Source of the DNA: Candidatus Rokuibacteriota bacterium
Lineage (GTDB): Bacteria; Methylomirabilota; Methylomirabilia; Rokubacteriales; CSP1-6
DNA length: 64,000 nt
NCBI GenBank assembly: GCA_016179965.1
Contig: JACPCF010000019.1
Span: forward strand, 561-64,560
Direction: 5' to 3'
How positions within the stretch are numbered: position 1 is the first letter of the stretch; each line of letters opens with the position of its first letter. The position numbers and the translations under genes are program-made. Of this stretch, positions 17,266 through 26,716 are shown piece by piece. A model generated the notes under the pieces. The model saw only the letters and a list, made by a program, of their open reading frames with translations, was not told where the DNA came from and made no database searches.

Positions 17266-18066
17266 ATGACCGAGGCGCGGCAGTACAAGCACCTGAACGT
17301 GACGCGGAGCCCTGACGGCTTCGTGGTGACAGTTGAGCTCAACCGCCCCGAAGTTCTCAACGCCATGAACACGGCCATGGGGGAGGACCTGCTGGCCTGC
17401 TTCGAGGCGCTTCACTGGGACAAGACCGTGCGCGCCGTGGTCCTGGCCGGCGCGGGGGAGAAGGCGTTCTGCGTCGGCGGCGACCTCAAGGAGCGCGAGG
17501 GGATGACCGACGAGGGGTGGCGCGCCCAGCACGAGATCTACGAGACGATGGCCTTCCGCCTCCTCCGCTGCCCGGTGCCGGTCATCGCCGCCGTGGAGGG
17601 GTTTGCCTTCGGGGGCGGGCTGGAGCTGGCGATCCTCTCCGACTTCATCGTCGCCGGCGAGGGCGCCGTCTTTGCCGTTCCCGAGATCACCCGCGGCATC
17701 TTCCCGGGGATCGGCGGGACCCAGCTCCTCCCCCGGATCATCGGGGCGCCGCTTGCGAAAGAACTGATTTTCACCGGCCGCAGGATGAACGCCCAGGAGG
17801 CCAAGGCGGTGGGGCTGGTGAATCACCTGGTCCCGGCGGGCCAGGCGCGGACCAAGGCGCTGGAGATCGCGGCCACGATCGCCGAGAATGGGCCCATCGC
17901 CGTGCGCCAGGCGAAGAAGGCGATCGCCTGGGGAGCGGAGACCGACCTCGAGACAGGGATGATCCTGGCGATCGAGGCCTACAACAATACGGTCAGCACG
18001 GAGGACCGCTTGGAGGGCGTGCGCGCCTTCAACGAGAAACGCAAGCCGCGCTTCCGGGGGAAATAA
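17266..18066 (+). CDS. enoyl-CoA hydratase/isomerase family protein
   Basis: crotonase-fold motifs AFCVGGDLKE...AAVEGFAFGGG; ATG immediately after the repeat-B CTCCGAGG. Confidence 0.8.
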   Translation: MTEARQYKHLNVTRSPDGFVVTVELNRPEVLNAMNTAMGEDLLACFEALHWDKTVRAVVLAGAGEKAFCVGGDLKEREGMTDEGWRAQHEIYETMAFRLLRCPVPVIAAVEGFAFGGGLELAILSDFIVAGEGAVFAVPEITRGIFPGIGGTQLLPRIIGAPLAKELIFTGRRMNAQEAKAVGLVNHLVPAGQARTKALEIAATIAENGPIAVRQAKKAIAWGAETDLETGMILAIEAYNNTVSTEDRLEGVRAFNEKRKPRFRGK

Positions 18067-18160
18067 CCCCCCTCACCCTACTCATGATCCCCTCACCTTC
18101 ATCCTCTCCCCCCGAGGGGGAGAGGGCAGGGTGAGGGGGGAGAGGAGAAGAGGTGAGGGG
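18066..18160 (-). repeat. repeat family 2, copy 2 (inverted orientation, extended)
   Basis: its plus strand is near-identical to the reverse complement of copy 1 over about 55 nt. Confidence 0.7.
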
Positions 18161-18180
18161 CGTTGGGGTGGGAGTCACCC

Positions 18181-19347
18181 ATGAAAGAGATGACGTTCAC
18201 GCTGACCGACGAGCAGCGGGCCCTCAAGGCCGCGGTCTACGATCTCTGCAAGCAGTTCCGCCCTGAGTACTGGCGCGAGCTGGACGCCAAGCGGGAGTAC
18301 CCCGACGCCTTCGTCAACGCCCTGACGAAAGCCGGCTACCTGGCGGCGCTCATCCCCCAGGAGTACGGCGGCCCGGGGCTCGGGATCCTCGAGGGCTCGC
18401 TGATCCTGGAGGAGATCAACCACTCGGGGGGGAACGCGGCGGCCTGCCACGCCCAGATGTACATCATGGGCACGCTCCTGCGCCACGGCTCCGAGGAGCA
18501 GAAGCGGCGCTACTTGCCGAAGATCGCGACGGGCGACCTGAGGCTCCAGGCCTTCGGCGTCACCGAGCCGAACTCGGGCTCGGACACCACCAAGCTTCAA
18601 ACCACAGCCGTGCGCCGGGGCGACAGGTACGTGGTGAACGGCCAGAAGATCTTCATCTCCCGCGTCCTCCAGTCTGACCTGATGCTGCTGCTCGCCCGGA
18701 CGACGCCTGTGGACCAAGTCGAACGGAAGACCGACGGCCTGAGCGTGTTCCTGGTGGACATCCGCGGCATCAAGGGGCTCGAGGTGCGGCCGCTCCGGAT
18801 GATGATGAACCACTCGACCAACGCCCTTTTCTTCGACAACATGGAGATCCCCGCCGAGGGCCTCATCGGCGAGGAGGGGAAGGGCTTCGCCTACATCCTG
18901 GACGGGATGAACGCCGAGCGGATCCTGGTCGCGGCCGATTCCATCGGCGACGGCCGCTGGTTCATCGAGAAAGCCGTGGCCTACTCGAGCCAGCGCGTCG
19001 TCTTCGGCAAGCCCATCGGCGCCAACCAGGGCGTCCAGTTCCCTGTCGCCCGCGCCCACATGGCGGTCGAGGCCGCGGATCTCATGCGGATCAAGGCCGC
19101 CCGCCTCTTCGACGCCGGCGAGCCGTGCGGGCCAGAAGCCAACATGGCCAAGTACCTGGCCGCCGAAGCCGCCTGGGAGGCGGCCAACGCCTGCATCGAC
19201 TGCCACGGCGGCTACGGCTACGCGGAAGAATACGACGTCGAGCGCAAGTTCCGCGAGGCGCGCCTCTACAAGACCGCGCCGATCAACAACAACCTGGTCC
19301 TGGCCTACATCGGCGAGCACGTCCTCGGCATGCCGAGATCCTACTGA
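18181..19347 (+). CDS. acyl-CoA dehydrogenase
   Basis: GVTEPNSGSD and C-terminal ACAD pattern. Confidence 0.85.
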   Translation: MKEMTFTLTDEQRALKAAVYDLCKQFRPEYWRELDAKREYPDAFVNALTKAGYLAALIPQEYGGPGLGILEGSLILEEINHSGGNAAACHAQMYIMGTLLRHGSEEQKRRYLPKIATGDLRLQAFGVTEPNSGSDTTKLQTTAVRRGDRYVVNGQKIFISRVLQSDLMLLLARTTPVDQVERKTDGLSVFLVDIRGIKGLEVRPLRMMMNHSTNALFFDNMEIPAEGLIGEEGKGFAYILDGMNAERILVAADSIGDGRWFIEKAVAYSSQRVVFGKPIGANQGVQFPVARAHMAVEAADLMRIKAARLFDAGEPCGPEANMAKYLAAEAAWEAANACIDCHGGYGYAEEYDVERKFREARLYKTAPINNNLVLAYIGEHVLGMPRSY

Positions 19348-19352
19348 TGCGT

Positions 19353-19425
19353 CTCTCACCGCTTCCCCTCTCCCCCTCACCCTGCCCTCTCCCCCTCGGG
19401 GGGGAGACGACGAAGGTGAGGGGAT
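19353..19425 (+). repeat. repeat family 2, copy 3
   Basis: CCTCTCCCCCTCGGGGGGGAGACGACGAAGGTGAGGGGATT, 3' of the acyl-CoA dehydrogenase gene. Confidence 0.7.
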
Positions 19426-19488
19426 TCTTCTGAAACGGATCAAGAGCGAAGCCCAGCGGCTCATGCCTAAGGGACCGCAAAAGCCCCA

Positions 19489-20436
19489 ATGAAACTCCCG
19501 AGGCGCGTGACGATCACAGAGGTGGGGACGCGGGACGGGTTCCAGATCGAGCCTGACTTCATCCCCACCGACCTGAAGGTCGAAGTGGTCAATCGTCTCT
19601 CGGCCACGGGCATGCCCCGGATCGAGGTCACCTCCTTCGTTTCCCCGAAGGCCGTCCCCCAGCTGAAGGACGCCGAGGAGGTGATGGCCCGGATCACCCG
19701 GCGCCCCGGCGCGACCTACGCGGCCCTCGTCCCCAACGACAAGGGCGCCTCCCGCGCCGTGGAGGCCGGCGTGGACGAGATCCACACCGTGGTCTCAGCG
19801 AGCGAGAGCCACAACCTCGCCAACGTGAACATGACCATCGCTGAGTCACTTCAGAAGCTCAGCGCGGTGGCCGAGGTCTGCCGACGGGCCGGGAAGCCGG
19901 TGGTCGCGGGAATCTCCACCTCCTTCGGCTGCCCGTTCGAGGGCGAGGTCCCACTCCAGAACCTGGAATCCGTCGTGGCGCGCCTGGTGGACCTCGGCGC
20001 GAAAGGGATCGCGCTGGCAGACACCACCGGCATGGCCAACCCCGGGCAGGTGGCACGCACCCTCGAGTACCTGATGCCCAAATTCCCGGGGATCGAGTGG
20101 ACGCTGCACACCCACGATACCCGCGCCATGGCGATCCCCAACATCCTGGCGGCGATGGAGTGCGGCGTCACCCGCTTCGACGCGTCGATCGGGGGCCTCG
20201 GTGGCTGCCCCTTCGCCCCCGGCGCCTCGGGGAACGTCTGCACCGAGGATCTCGTCCACTGCCTCCACGCCATGGGAATCGAGACCGGCATCAACCTGGA
20301 CGCGCTCATCGACACGTCGAAGCGGGTCCAGGAGATTGTCGGGCGCCCGCTCCCCGGCCAGATCATCAAGGCGGGCAAGGCCGACCGCCGTTACCCCCTC
20401 CCCGACTCCGTCCACCGCCGCCTGGCCGCGGAATGA
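19489..20436 (+). CDS. hydroxymethylglutaryl-CoA lyase family protein
   Basis: TIM-barrel HMGL-like motifs EVGTRDGFQ...HTHDTRAMAIPN. Confidence 0.8.
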   Translation: MKLPRRVTITEVGTRDGFQIEPDFIPTDLKVEVVNRLSATGMPRIEVTSFVSPKAVPQLKDAEEVMARITRRPGATYAALVPNDKGASRAVEAGVDEIHTVVSASESHNLANVNMTIAESLQKLSAVAEVCRRAGKPVVAGISTSFGCPFEGEVPLQNLESVVARLVDLGAKGIALADTTGMANPGQVARTLEYLMPKFPGIEWTLHTHDTRAMAIPNILAAMECGVTRFDASIGGLGGCPFAPGASGNVCTEDLVHCLHAMGIETGINLDALIDTSKRVQEIVGRPLPGQIIKAGKADRRYPLPDSVHRRLAAE

Positions 20437-20465
20437 AACGTCCACGGTACCAATTCGCAGTTTCC

Positions 20466-20573
20466 CGAGCGCGGGCTTTGCCCGCGCAATCTCCGGGGGG
20501 AGGTATCGGAAGGGGCGGGTACCCGGGCTTCCACGCCGTAGGCGTGGGGGGGCCTGGGTGGCCCCCCTCCGAG
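20466..20573 (+). repeat. repeat family 1, copy C (long form)
   Basis: about 90% identical to copy B; ends CTCCGAGG 5 nt before the ATG at 20579. Confidence 0.85.
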
Positions 20574-20578
20574 GAAAA

Positions 20579-21532
20579 ATGAAGTTCGCGCCGCCCCGCG
20601 AGCCGCTCGCCAAACTCCCGACCCCGCTCCTCGATCTCGCGCGGCTCAGTACCGTCCTGGGCGGGCCGCGCCTTTTGATCAAGCGGGACGACCTCGGCGG
20701 CTTCGCTCTGGGAGGCAACAAGGTCCGGAAGCTCGAGTTCTTTCTCGCCGACGCCCGGAACGCGGGCGCGGACGTGCTCATCACGTGCGGCGGGGTGCAG
20801 TCCAACCACTGCCGGGTGACGGCAGCGGCCGCGGCCCGGGCGGGCATGCGGTGCGTGCTGGTGTTGAGCGGGACGAAGCCGGCGCGGTTCAGCGGCAACC
20901 TCCTCCTGAACCAGCTCTTCGGCGCCGAACTGGTCTTCGTCGAAACGCGCGCCGAGCGGGGGCCGCGCATGGAGGCCCTGGCCGGGGAATTCAAGGCGAA
21001 GGAGCTTCGCCCGTACGTGATTCCCCTCGGCGGCTCCACCCCCCTGGGCGCCTACGCCTACGTGGAGGCGGCGCGCGAATTCGCCCTCCAGTGCCGTCCC
21101 ATGGGCCTCACGGTCTCGACCATCGTCCACGCCTCCTCCTCGGGCGGGACCCAGGCCGGCCTCGTGGTGGGGTGCCTGGCCGAGGAGCTGCCGACCCGCG
21201 TAGTCGGGATCAGCGCCGACGAGAAGAAGGACGATCTCGGCCGGATGGTGAACGACATCGCCCAGGCGCTCGCCGAGCAATCGGGATTGCCCGCGCCGCG
21301 AAAGGACCAGATCGAGGTCCTGGACGACTATGTGGGAGAGGGGTACGGCGTCCCGACTGCCGCCTCGGACGAAGCCATTCGACTGTTCGCCCGGCTAGAA
21401 GGGATCGTCCTGGACTCCACCTACACCGCCAAGGCCGCGGCGGGGCTGATCGACCTGATCCGCCGAGGGCGGTTCACGCGCGACGACACCGTGTGCTTCT
21501 GGCACACGGGAGGGAACGGGGGGCTGGCATGA
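20579..21532 (+). CDS. PLP-dependent ACC deaminase/D-cysteine desulfhydrase family protein
   Basis: LIKRDDLGGFALGGNKVRKLEF pattern; ATG preceded by the repeat-C CTCCGAGG. Confidence 0.75.
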   Translation: MKFAPPREPLAKLPTPLLDLARLSTVLGGPRLLIKRDDLGGFALGGNKVRKLEFFLADARNAGADVLITCGGVQSNHCRVTAAAAARAGMRCVLVLSGTKPARFSGNLLLNQLFGAELVFVETRAERGPRMEALAGEFKAKELRPYVIPLGGSTPLGAYAYVEAAREFALQCRPMGLTVSTIVHASSSGGTQAGLVVGCLAEELPTRVVGISADEKKDDLGRMVNDIAQALAEQSGLPAPRKDQIEVLDDYVGEGYGVPTAASDEAIRLFARLEGIVLDSTYTAKAAAGLIDLIRRGRFTRDDTVCFWHTGGNGGLA

Positions 21533-22086
21533 CCAAACGCGCGCGCGCCATGCTGAGGCAGATGGACCGGACCACCCGGACCTGGTTCCTCCCGACCATC
21601 GGGCGGGAGAAGGCCACGTTCATCGCCCGCCTCATTGACAAGCACCGGCCGAAGCGGGCCGTCGAGATCGGCTCCCTCATCGGCTACTCCGCCATCGTCA
21701 TCGCCGGCCACCTGCCGCCGGGCGGCCGCCTCACCTGCATCGAGCTGAACCCTTTCATGGCGATGATCACCGAGGAGAACCTGGCGACCGCGGGCCTCGC
21801 CACGCGCAGCCGCGTCATCACGGGCGACGCCCGGCGCGTGCTCCCGTTCCTGGGGAGCCGCTTCGACTTCGCGCTGATCGACGCCACCAAGGAGGAGTAC
21901 TTCGAGTACCTCCGCGCGCTGGAGCCCCGTTTGGCAAAGGGCGCCCTAGTCGTGGCAGACAACACGCGGCTCTACCGGAGCCGGCTGAAGGACTACCTTG
22001 CCCACGTCAGGCGGAGCGGCCGGTACGAGAGCCACGAGCAGGGGTTCGGCAAGGATGCCATGGAGCTGAGCCGCTTCCTTGGCTAG
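21529..22086 (+). CDS. class I SAM-dependent O-methyltransferase
   Basis: VEIGSLIGYSAI and DFALIDATKEEY motifs; ATGA overlap with the upstream gene. Confidence 0.7.
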   Translation: MTKRARAMLRQMDRTTRTWFLPTIGREKATFIARLIDKHRPKRAVEIGSLIGYSAIVIAGHLPPGGRLTCIELNPFMAMITEENLATAGLATRSRVITGDARRVLPFLGSRFDFALIDATKEEYFEYLRALEPRLAKGALVVADNTRLYRSRLKDYLAHVRRSGRYESHEQGFGKDAMELSRFLG

Positions 22087-23503
22087 AGGCGTTCTGCTCG
22101 GTCTCGGGCTCTGCGGCGTCCTCGCGGCGGGATGCGCCAGCGTCCCGCCCCCTCCCCAGCGTCACTACCTGCTGGTCCATGCGGACGGCTACCCGCTCAC
22201 CACCGAGGGACGGCTGCCGGACCGGGAGACGTTCAAACGGGAGCAGGTCGGCGCCATCGTCGCGGGGATCGACGATTACGTGAAGGGCTACGACCCGCAC
22301 GAGTGGCCGGGCAAGCGGCCGCGCCCCCAGCTCGTCCTGTTCATCCATGGCGGCCTCAGCCCTCACGCCAAGGGGCTCGCGCGGGTCCAGGACTTCCTGG
22401 ACGCCCAGAAGGACCGCCGGGCGAACCCGGAGGTCGCCGCCTCCCACTTCGTCTTCCTCAACTGGGACAGCGATCTGTGGGGATCCCTCGTGGACGACCT
22501 CTGCTGCATCCGTCAGGGGGATCGGAGCCAGCTCGTGGGACCGCTCACGGCTCCCTTCGTCGGCCTGGCCCGCGCGGCCGAAGCCGTGTTCCTCGCCCCT
22601 CGGGCGTGGTACTTCCAGACCCAGAACGCGGTGGACGGCTTCCGCGAAGAGGCCGAGCGCGACCAGTGCAACCCCCTGAGCGTCCGCCGGGTCGAGGACG
22701 AGGAAGAGCGGCTCAACGTGCCCGCGGCGGCCAGCTTCTTCGCGTTCTATCCCCTCCGGCTCCTCTCGGTGCCCTTCATCCAGTCCTTCGGCACATCGGC
22801 GTGGGAGATGATGAAACGGCGGGCCGCGCTCGTGTTCGCCCGGGAAAAGGCCCTGCCGCCCAGGGACTGGGTGAAGGAGGGCGCCGGGCGACTCCTCGTG
22901 ACCGCCTTGAGGGAGCGTCTGCGAACGTCCGGCGCGTGGTGGCTCGGCGGGACGGAACAGAGGGACCTCGACGTCGTCCTGGTGGGATTCAGCATGGGCG
23001 CCTTCGTCGTGAACCGGCTGCTCCAGGAGTTTCCCGAGATCCACTTCGCCCGGATCTTCTACCTGGGCGCCGCCTCGAGCATCGGCGACTTCGAGGCGTC
23101 GGTGCTCCCGTACCTGCGCCAGCACCGGGAGACCCGGGAGGTGAAGGCGACCCAGTTCTGGTCGTTCTCCATCGCCGAGGCCGACGAGGCCGGCCAGATC
23201 GATCCGCCGGACGTGTACGAGCGCGGCAGCCTCCTCGTCTGGATCGACAACTACTTCGAGCGGATCAACGCCCCGACCCAGCGCACCTTCGGGCGGTGGA
23301 GGAACCTCCGCCTCCACTTCAAGACGCCCGAGGGATTCCAGGGGCAGATCTTCCTCGTGAAGTTCGACGGCCGCGGCTGGCGGGACCCGAGCAAGCACGG
23401 GGACTTCGACGAGCCCAAGACCTTCGACCGGCTCCTCAGGATGAGAGAGGCCGACTGCCCCGAGGGCCGAGGCCTCATGCCGCTCCGTTTCCCGCGGCGA
23501 TGA
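22079..23503 (+). CDS. lipoprotein, alpha/beta-hydrolase-like (GFSMGA serine motif)
   Basis: TTG start; signal peptide with lipobox LAAGCAS; GxSxG motif. Confidence 0.5.
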   Translation: MARGVLLGLGLCGVLAAGCASVPPPPQRHYLLVHADGYPLTTEGRLPDRETFKREQVGAIVAGIDDYVKGYDPHEWPGKRPRPQLVLFIHGGLSPHAKGLARVQDFLDAQKDRRANPEVAASHFVFLNWDSDLWGSLVDDLCCIRQGDRSQLVGPLTAPFVGLARAAEAVFLAPRAWYFQTQNAVDGFREEAERDQCNPLSVRRVEDEEERLNVPAAASFFAFYPLRLLSVPFIQSFGTSAWEMMKRRAALVFAREKALPPRDWVKEGAGRLLVTALRERLRTSGAWWLGGTEQRDLDVVLVGFSMGAFVVNRLLQEFPEIHFARIFYLGAASSIGDFEASVLPYLRQHRETREVKATQFWSFSIAEADEAGQIDPPDVYERGSLLVWIDNYFERINAPTQRTFGRWRNLRLHFKTPEGFQGQIFLVKFDGRGWRDPSKHGDFDEPKTFDRLLRMREADCPEGRGLMPLRFPRR

Positions 23504-23547
23504 CTCGTGACCTTGACCGGCCGCAGGTGATCCCCTAGACTCGGGCC

Positions 23548-24696
23548 ATGCCGGGACGGCCGTTCCTCCAGATTCCCGGGCCCACGCTGGTGCCGGAGCG
23601 CGTCACGCGGGCCATTTCGCAGTCCATCATCGACCACCGCGGCCCGAAGTTCGCCGCGCTCGTCCACGAGTGCCTGGCGGGCCTGAAGGGAGTCTTTCAG
23701 ACGGTAAGGGGGGAGATCGTGATCTATCCCGGCTCGGGCACGGGCGCGTGGGAGGCCTGCCTGGTCAACACGCTCTCCCCGGGCGATCGCGTGCTGGCGT
23801 GCGTGAACGGGCACTTCTCCGCGGGCTTCGCCAAGACGGCGGCGGCCTATGGGATCGAGGTGGACCGCCTGGAGCTCCCCTACGGCGCCGGCGTCCCGGC
23901 GGACCAAGTCGAAGAACGGCTGAGGGCGGACAAAACCCACCAGCTTCGCGCCGTCCTCGCCGTCCACAACGAAACCTCCACGGGCGTGACCTCCAACGTG
24001 GCGGCGACCCGCGCGGCGCTCGACCGGGCGCGCCACCCGGCCCTCCTCCTCGTGGACGTGGTGTCTTCCCTCGCGTCCATCGACTTCCGCGTGGACGAGT
24101 GGGGGGTGGACGTGGCGCTGACGGGGCCCCAGAAGGGGCTCATGCTCCCGCCGGGGCTGGCAATCCTCGCGGTGAGCGACAAGGCGTTCCACGCCAGCGA
24201 GAAGGCCAAGTGCCCGCGCGCCTACTGGGACTGGGCCCCCGTCCTCGAGCGCAACAAGCGCGGCGAGTTCCCCTACCTCCGCGAGAGCCTCGCCATCCTG
24301 AACGAGGAGGGGCTCCCCAACGTCTTCAAGCGTCACGCGCGGCTGGCCGAAGCGTGCCGGCGCGCGGTGCAGGCGCTCGGCCTCCGGATCCTCTGCCAGA
24401 ACCCCGCCGAGTACTCGAATACGCTCACCGCGGTGGTGATGCCGACGGGCTTCGATTCCGACGCCTACATCGCCCACGCCTGGAAGACGCTCGACCTCTC
24501 CCTGGGCGTGGGGCTCAGCGAGGTGAAGGGGAAGATTTTCCGGATAGGTCACCTGGGGAGCCTGAACGAGCTCGACCTGCTCGGCGGGCTTGCCGGAGTG
24601 GAGCTGACGCTCAAGAGTTTCGGCGTGAACCTCCGCCTGGGCGCGGGGCTCGCCGCCGCCCAACAGTACTTGCTGGAAACCCCTTCGTCTCAGTAG
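23548..24696 (+). CDS. class V aminotransferase (alanine/serine--glyoxylate aminotransferase family)
   Basis: 382 aa, PLP-lysine region LTGPQKGLM. Confidence 0.8.
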   Translation: MPGRPFLQIPGPTLVPERVTRAISQSIIDHRGPKFAALVHECLAGLKGVFQTVRGEIVIYPGSGTGAWEACLVNTLSPGDRVLACVNGHFSAGFAKTAAAYGIEVDRLELPYGAGVPADQVEERLRADKTHQLRAVLAVHNETSTGVTSNVAATRAALDRARHPALLLVDVVSSLASIDFRVDEWGVDVALTGPQKGLMLPPGLAILAVSDKAFHASEKAKCPRAYWDWAPVLERNKRGEFPYLRESLAILNEEGLPNVFKRHARLAEACRRAVQALGLRILCQNPAEYSNTLTAVVMPTGFDSDAYIAHAWKTLDLSLGVGLSEVKGKIFRIGHLGSLNELDLLGGLAGVELTLKSFGVNLRLGAGLAAAQQYLLETPSSQ

Positions 24697-24698
24697 TT

Positions 24699-24767
24699 GT
24701 TCGAGCGACGGCTTTGCCGTCGCAACCTTGGGGGAGGCTTCGGAGGGGGCCGTCGAGGCCCCCTCCG
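24699..24767 (+). repeat. repeat family 1, copy D (divergent short form, hairpin GAGCGACGGCTTTGCCGTCGC)
   Basis: same module architecture with compensatory stem changes. Confidence 0.7.
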
Positions 24768-24772
24768 ATGAT

Positions 24773-25168
24773 CTACTGGAGCCAGCCGGCCTTCAAGAAC
24801 GACTGGTTCTGCTGCCCATTCACGACGATGATCACCGGCCCCGTGTACTGCCCCAGGGCCCGCTTCGCCGCCGCGTATTTCCGGTACTCGAAGACGTTAC
24901 CGAAGTAAAACCCGTCCCGGCAGAACGCCCAGATCGGGCCTCGATCGAGTGCCGGCGAGCAGGGGACCAGCTTCAAAGTTTCCAGCGCGGCGGGATTCGG
25001 GCGGAGCTGGCCGTTCACCAAAACGCCGATCTCCCGGCCCTTGGCGTTCAACACTCTCGCCTGCGAGTCCTCCTGAACGGTGGTGTCCGCCATCGCGATC
25101 ACTCCGGCCGAAAGCAGGCTCAAGAGCACGAGCCCCACCCCGATCAGCGCAACACTTCGCTTCGTCAT
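24773..25168 (-). CDS. secreted hypothetical protein
   Basis: 131 aa with N-terminal signal peptide. Confidence 0.45.
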   Translation of the reverse strand: MTKRSVALIGVGLVLLSLLSAGVIAMADTTVQEDSQARVLNAKGREIGVLVNGQLRPNPAALETLKLVPCSPALDRGPIWAFCRDGFYFGNVFEYRKYAAAKRALGQYTGPVIIVVNGQQNQSFLKAGWLQ

Positions 25169-25726
25169 CGCTTGCTCCCTCCGTCGCCGACGCTCCTAAC
25201 AAAAAGTGTCGGCACTGCCAAGAAAGGGGAGCAAGGAGAATGCCAGGACCCGGCGGCCGGGAAACTAGCGGGATTTCAGCCCAAGCGCGGCGAAACCGGA
25301 CACAGAGGACGGGTCAGGTTGGCCAGCGCTCGGACAAAACGGCAGGAAAGATCTCAGCGCCGGAGACCGCTCAGGGCCCGCTGGATCGTTCCCCGGATCC
25401 ACGTGTCGAGCGAGGTGCGGCACCTCGGCCTGTGGCGCGTGGGCGAGCCGCTCTCGACGCGAGGCCGCGTGGCGGCGTTGTGGGAGAAGAACGGCCACGA
25501 GTACGTCGAACCGGCCCTCCTGATGGTGGCGGAAGCGACGCGGCCCGTCGCCCACGTCCGCCACCGCTGCATCTACCAGGTCGCGACGACGGAGTTGTCA
25601 GTCTGACCCGATACCTGCCGTCCTGACACCCCCCGCGCCCCCTCTCCTTTCCCCCGGCGCGGCAAAAGAGTCCGATTCTCTGGCACTTAGCCTCTGGCAC
25701 GCCCGCTGCACTTTCCATCGTCTGAC

Positions 25727-26716
25727 ATGGCGAATGTCTCCTGCGCGTTCTCTGTCTCGGAAGGGGTCCGCCTCGTCGAGGTCAGCGTCGAGGGCGGACT
25801 CACCGCCGTCAACGCGTCCTCCCTCTGCCGGGCCGTGCGGGAGCATCTCGAAATGGGCGCCCAGGCCTTCCTGATCAACCTGGAGAACGTGAAGACGGTG
25901 GACCCGATCGGCCTGGCGGCGCTCCTTCAGAGCGCGCGGCTCGCCGAGCTCCTGGGGGCGAGGCCCACGATCATGCCCGGTCCGGCGGCGTACCGCGCGC
26001 TCCTCCCCACGCGACTCGTGGCCGAACTGCCGCTCGCCTCCTCGGAGAACCCGGCCCCGCTTCTGCTCTCGGGCTCGCCGGTCTACGACATTCCCGCCTC
26101 GCAGCGCCTCTTCGTGGCGATGAGCCAGCGCCTCGGCCTCCGGCTGCCCGCGTGGGAGGACCTGGCGCTCTTCGAGCAGTGGGCGCACGAGCCCCTTCTG
26201 GATCAGATGGTCGGGAGCGACTTCCTCTATCTCTGCCGCACCCTCGGCGCCCACCATCCCGACTTCACCCCACTCGTCTGGAGCGATCCGACCGCGCTCA
26301 CTCTGCTGGTCCAGCCGCTCGGGGCACCGAGCCCCGCGGTGGGGTACGTGCGCCTCTACAACATCCACCTCATCGAGGAGTTCGCCTTCCTTGAGACCGC
26401 CGTGTCGGACCTCCGCTACCTCCGCAAAGGCTGGGGGATCGAGGCCTCGCGCCTGCTCCTCGCGTACGCGATGGACGCCCTCGGCTTGGTCCGGGTGGAG
26501 GCGAAGGTCTACGCCTACAACGTCCTCAGCATCAACGCCCTCAAGCGGAACGGCTTCGCGCAGGAGGGGGTCCTCCGGCAGGCGCGCAGCTACGACGGCG
26601 AGCGCTGGGACATCCTCGTCTTCTCGATCCTCGAGGAGGAGATGCTCCAGCAGCGGAGGCAGGACGGCTTCCCCTACATGGGGTTCTGGCGAAGCCGGCG
26701 CGATGATCTTCCATAA
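25727..26716 (+). CDS. STAS-domain (anti-sigma-antagonist-like) / GNAT N-acetyltransferase fusion protein
   Basis: N-terminal 100 aa STAS-like (FLINLENVKTVDPIGLAAL); C-terminal GNAT core (VRVEAKVYAYNVLSINALKRNGF). Confidence 0.6.
   Translation: MANVSCAFSVSEGVRLVEVSVEGGLTAVNASSLCRAVREHLEMGAQAFLINLENVKTVDPIGLAALLQSARLAELLGARPTIMPGPAAYRALLPTRLVAELPLASSENPAPLLLSGSPVYDIPASQRLFVAMSQRLGLRLPAWEDLALFEQWAHEPLLDQMVGSDFLYLCRTLGAHHPDFTPLVWSDPTALTLLVQPLGAPSPAVGYVRLYNIHLIEEFAFLETAVSDLRYLRKGWGIEASRLLLAYAMDALGLVRVEAKVYAYNVLSINALKRNGFAQEGVLRQARSYDGERWDILVFSILEEEMLQQRRQDGFPYMGFWRSRRDDLP

Noticed and set aside
15855-17378. 507-aa minus-strand ORF, and similar long antisense ORFs 18175..19785, 19846..21039, 22007..23398, 23251..24663
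   Set aside because: All antisense to well-supported plus-strand enzymes; several contain GGARAKPALE or GHPGPPTP segments that are simply translations of repeat family 1.
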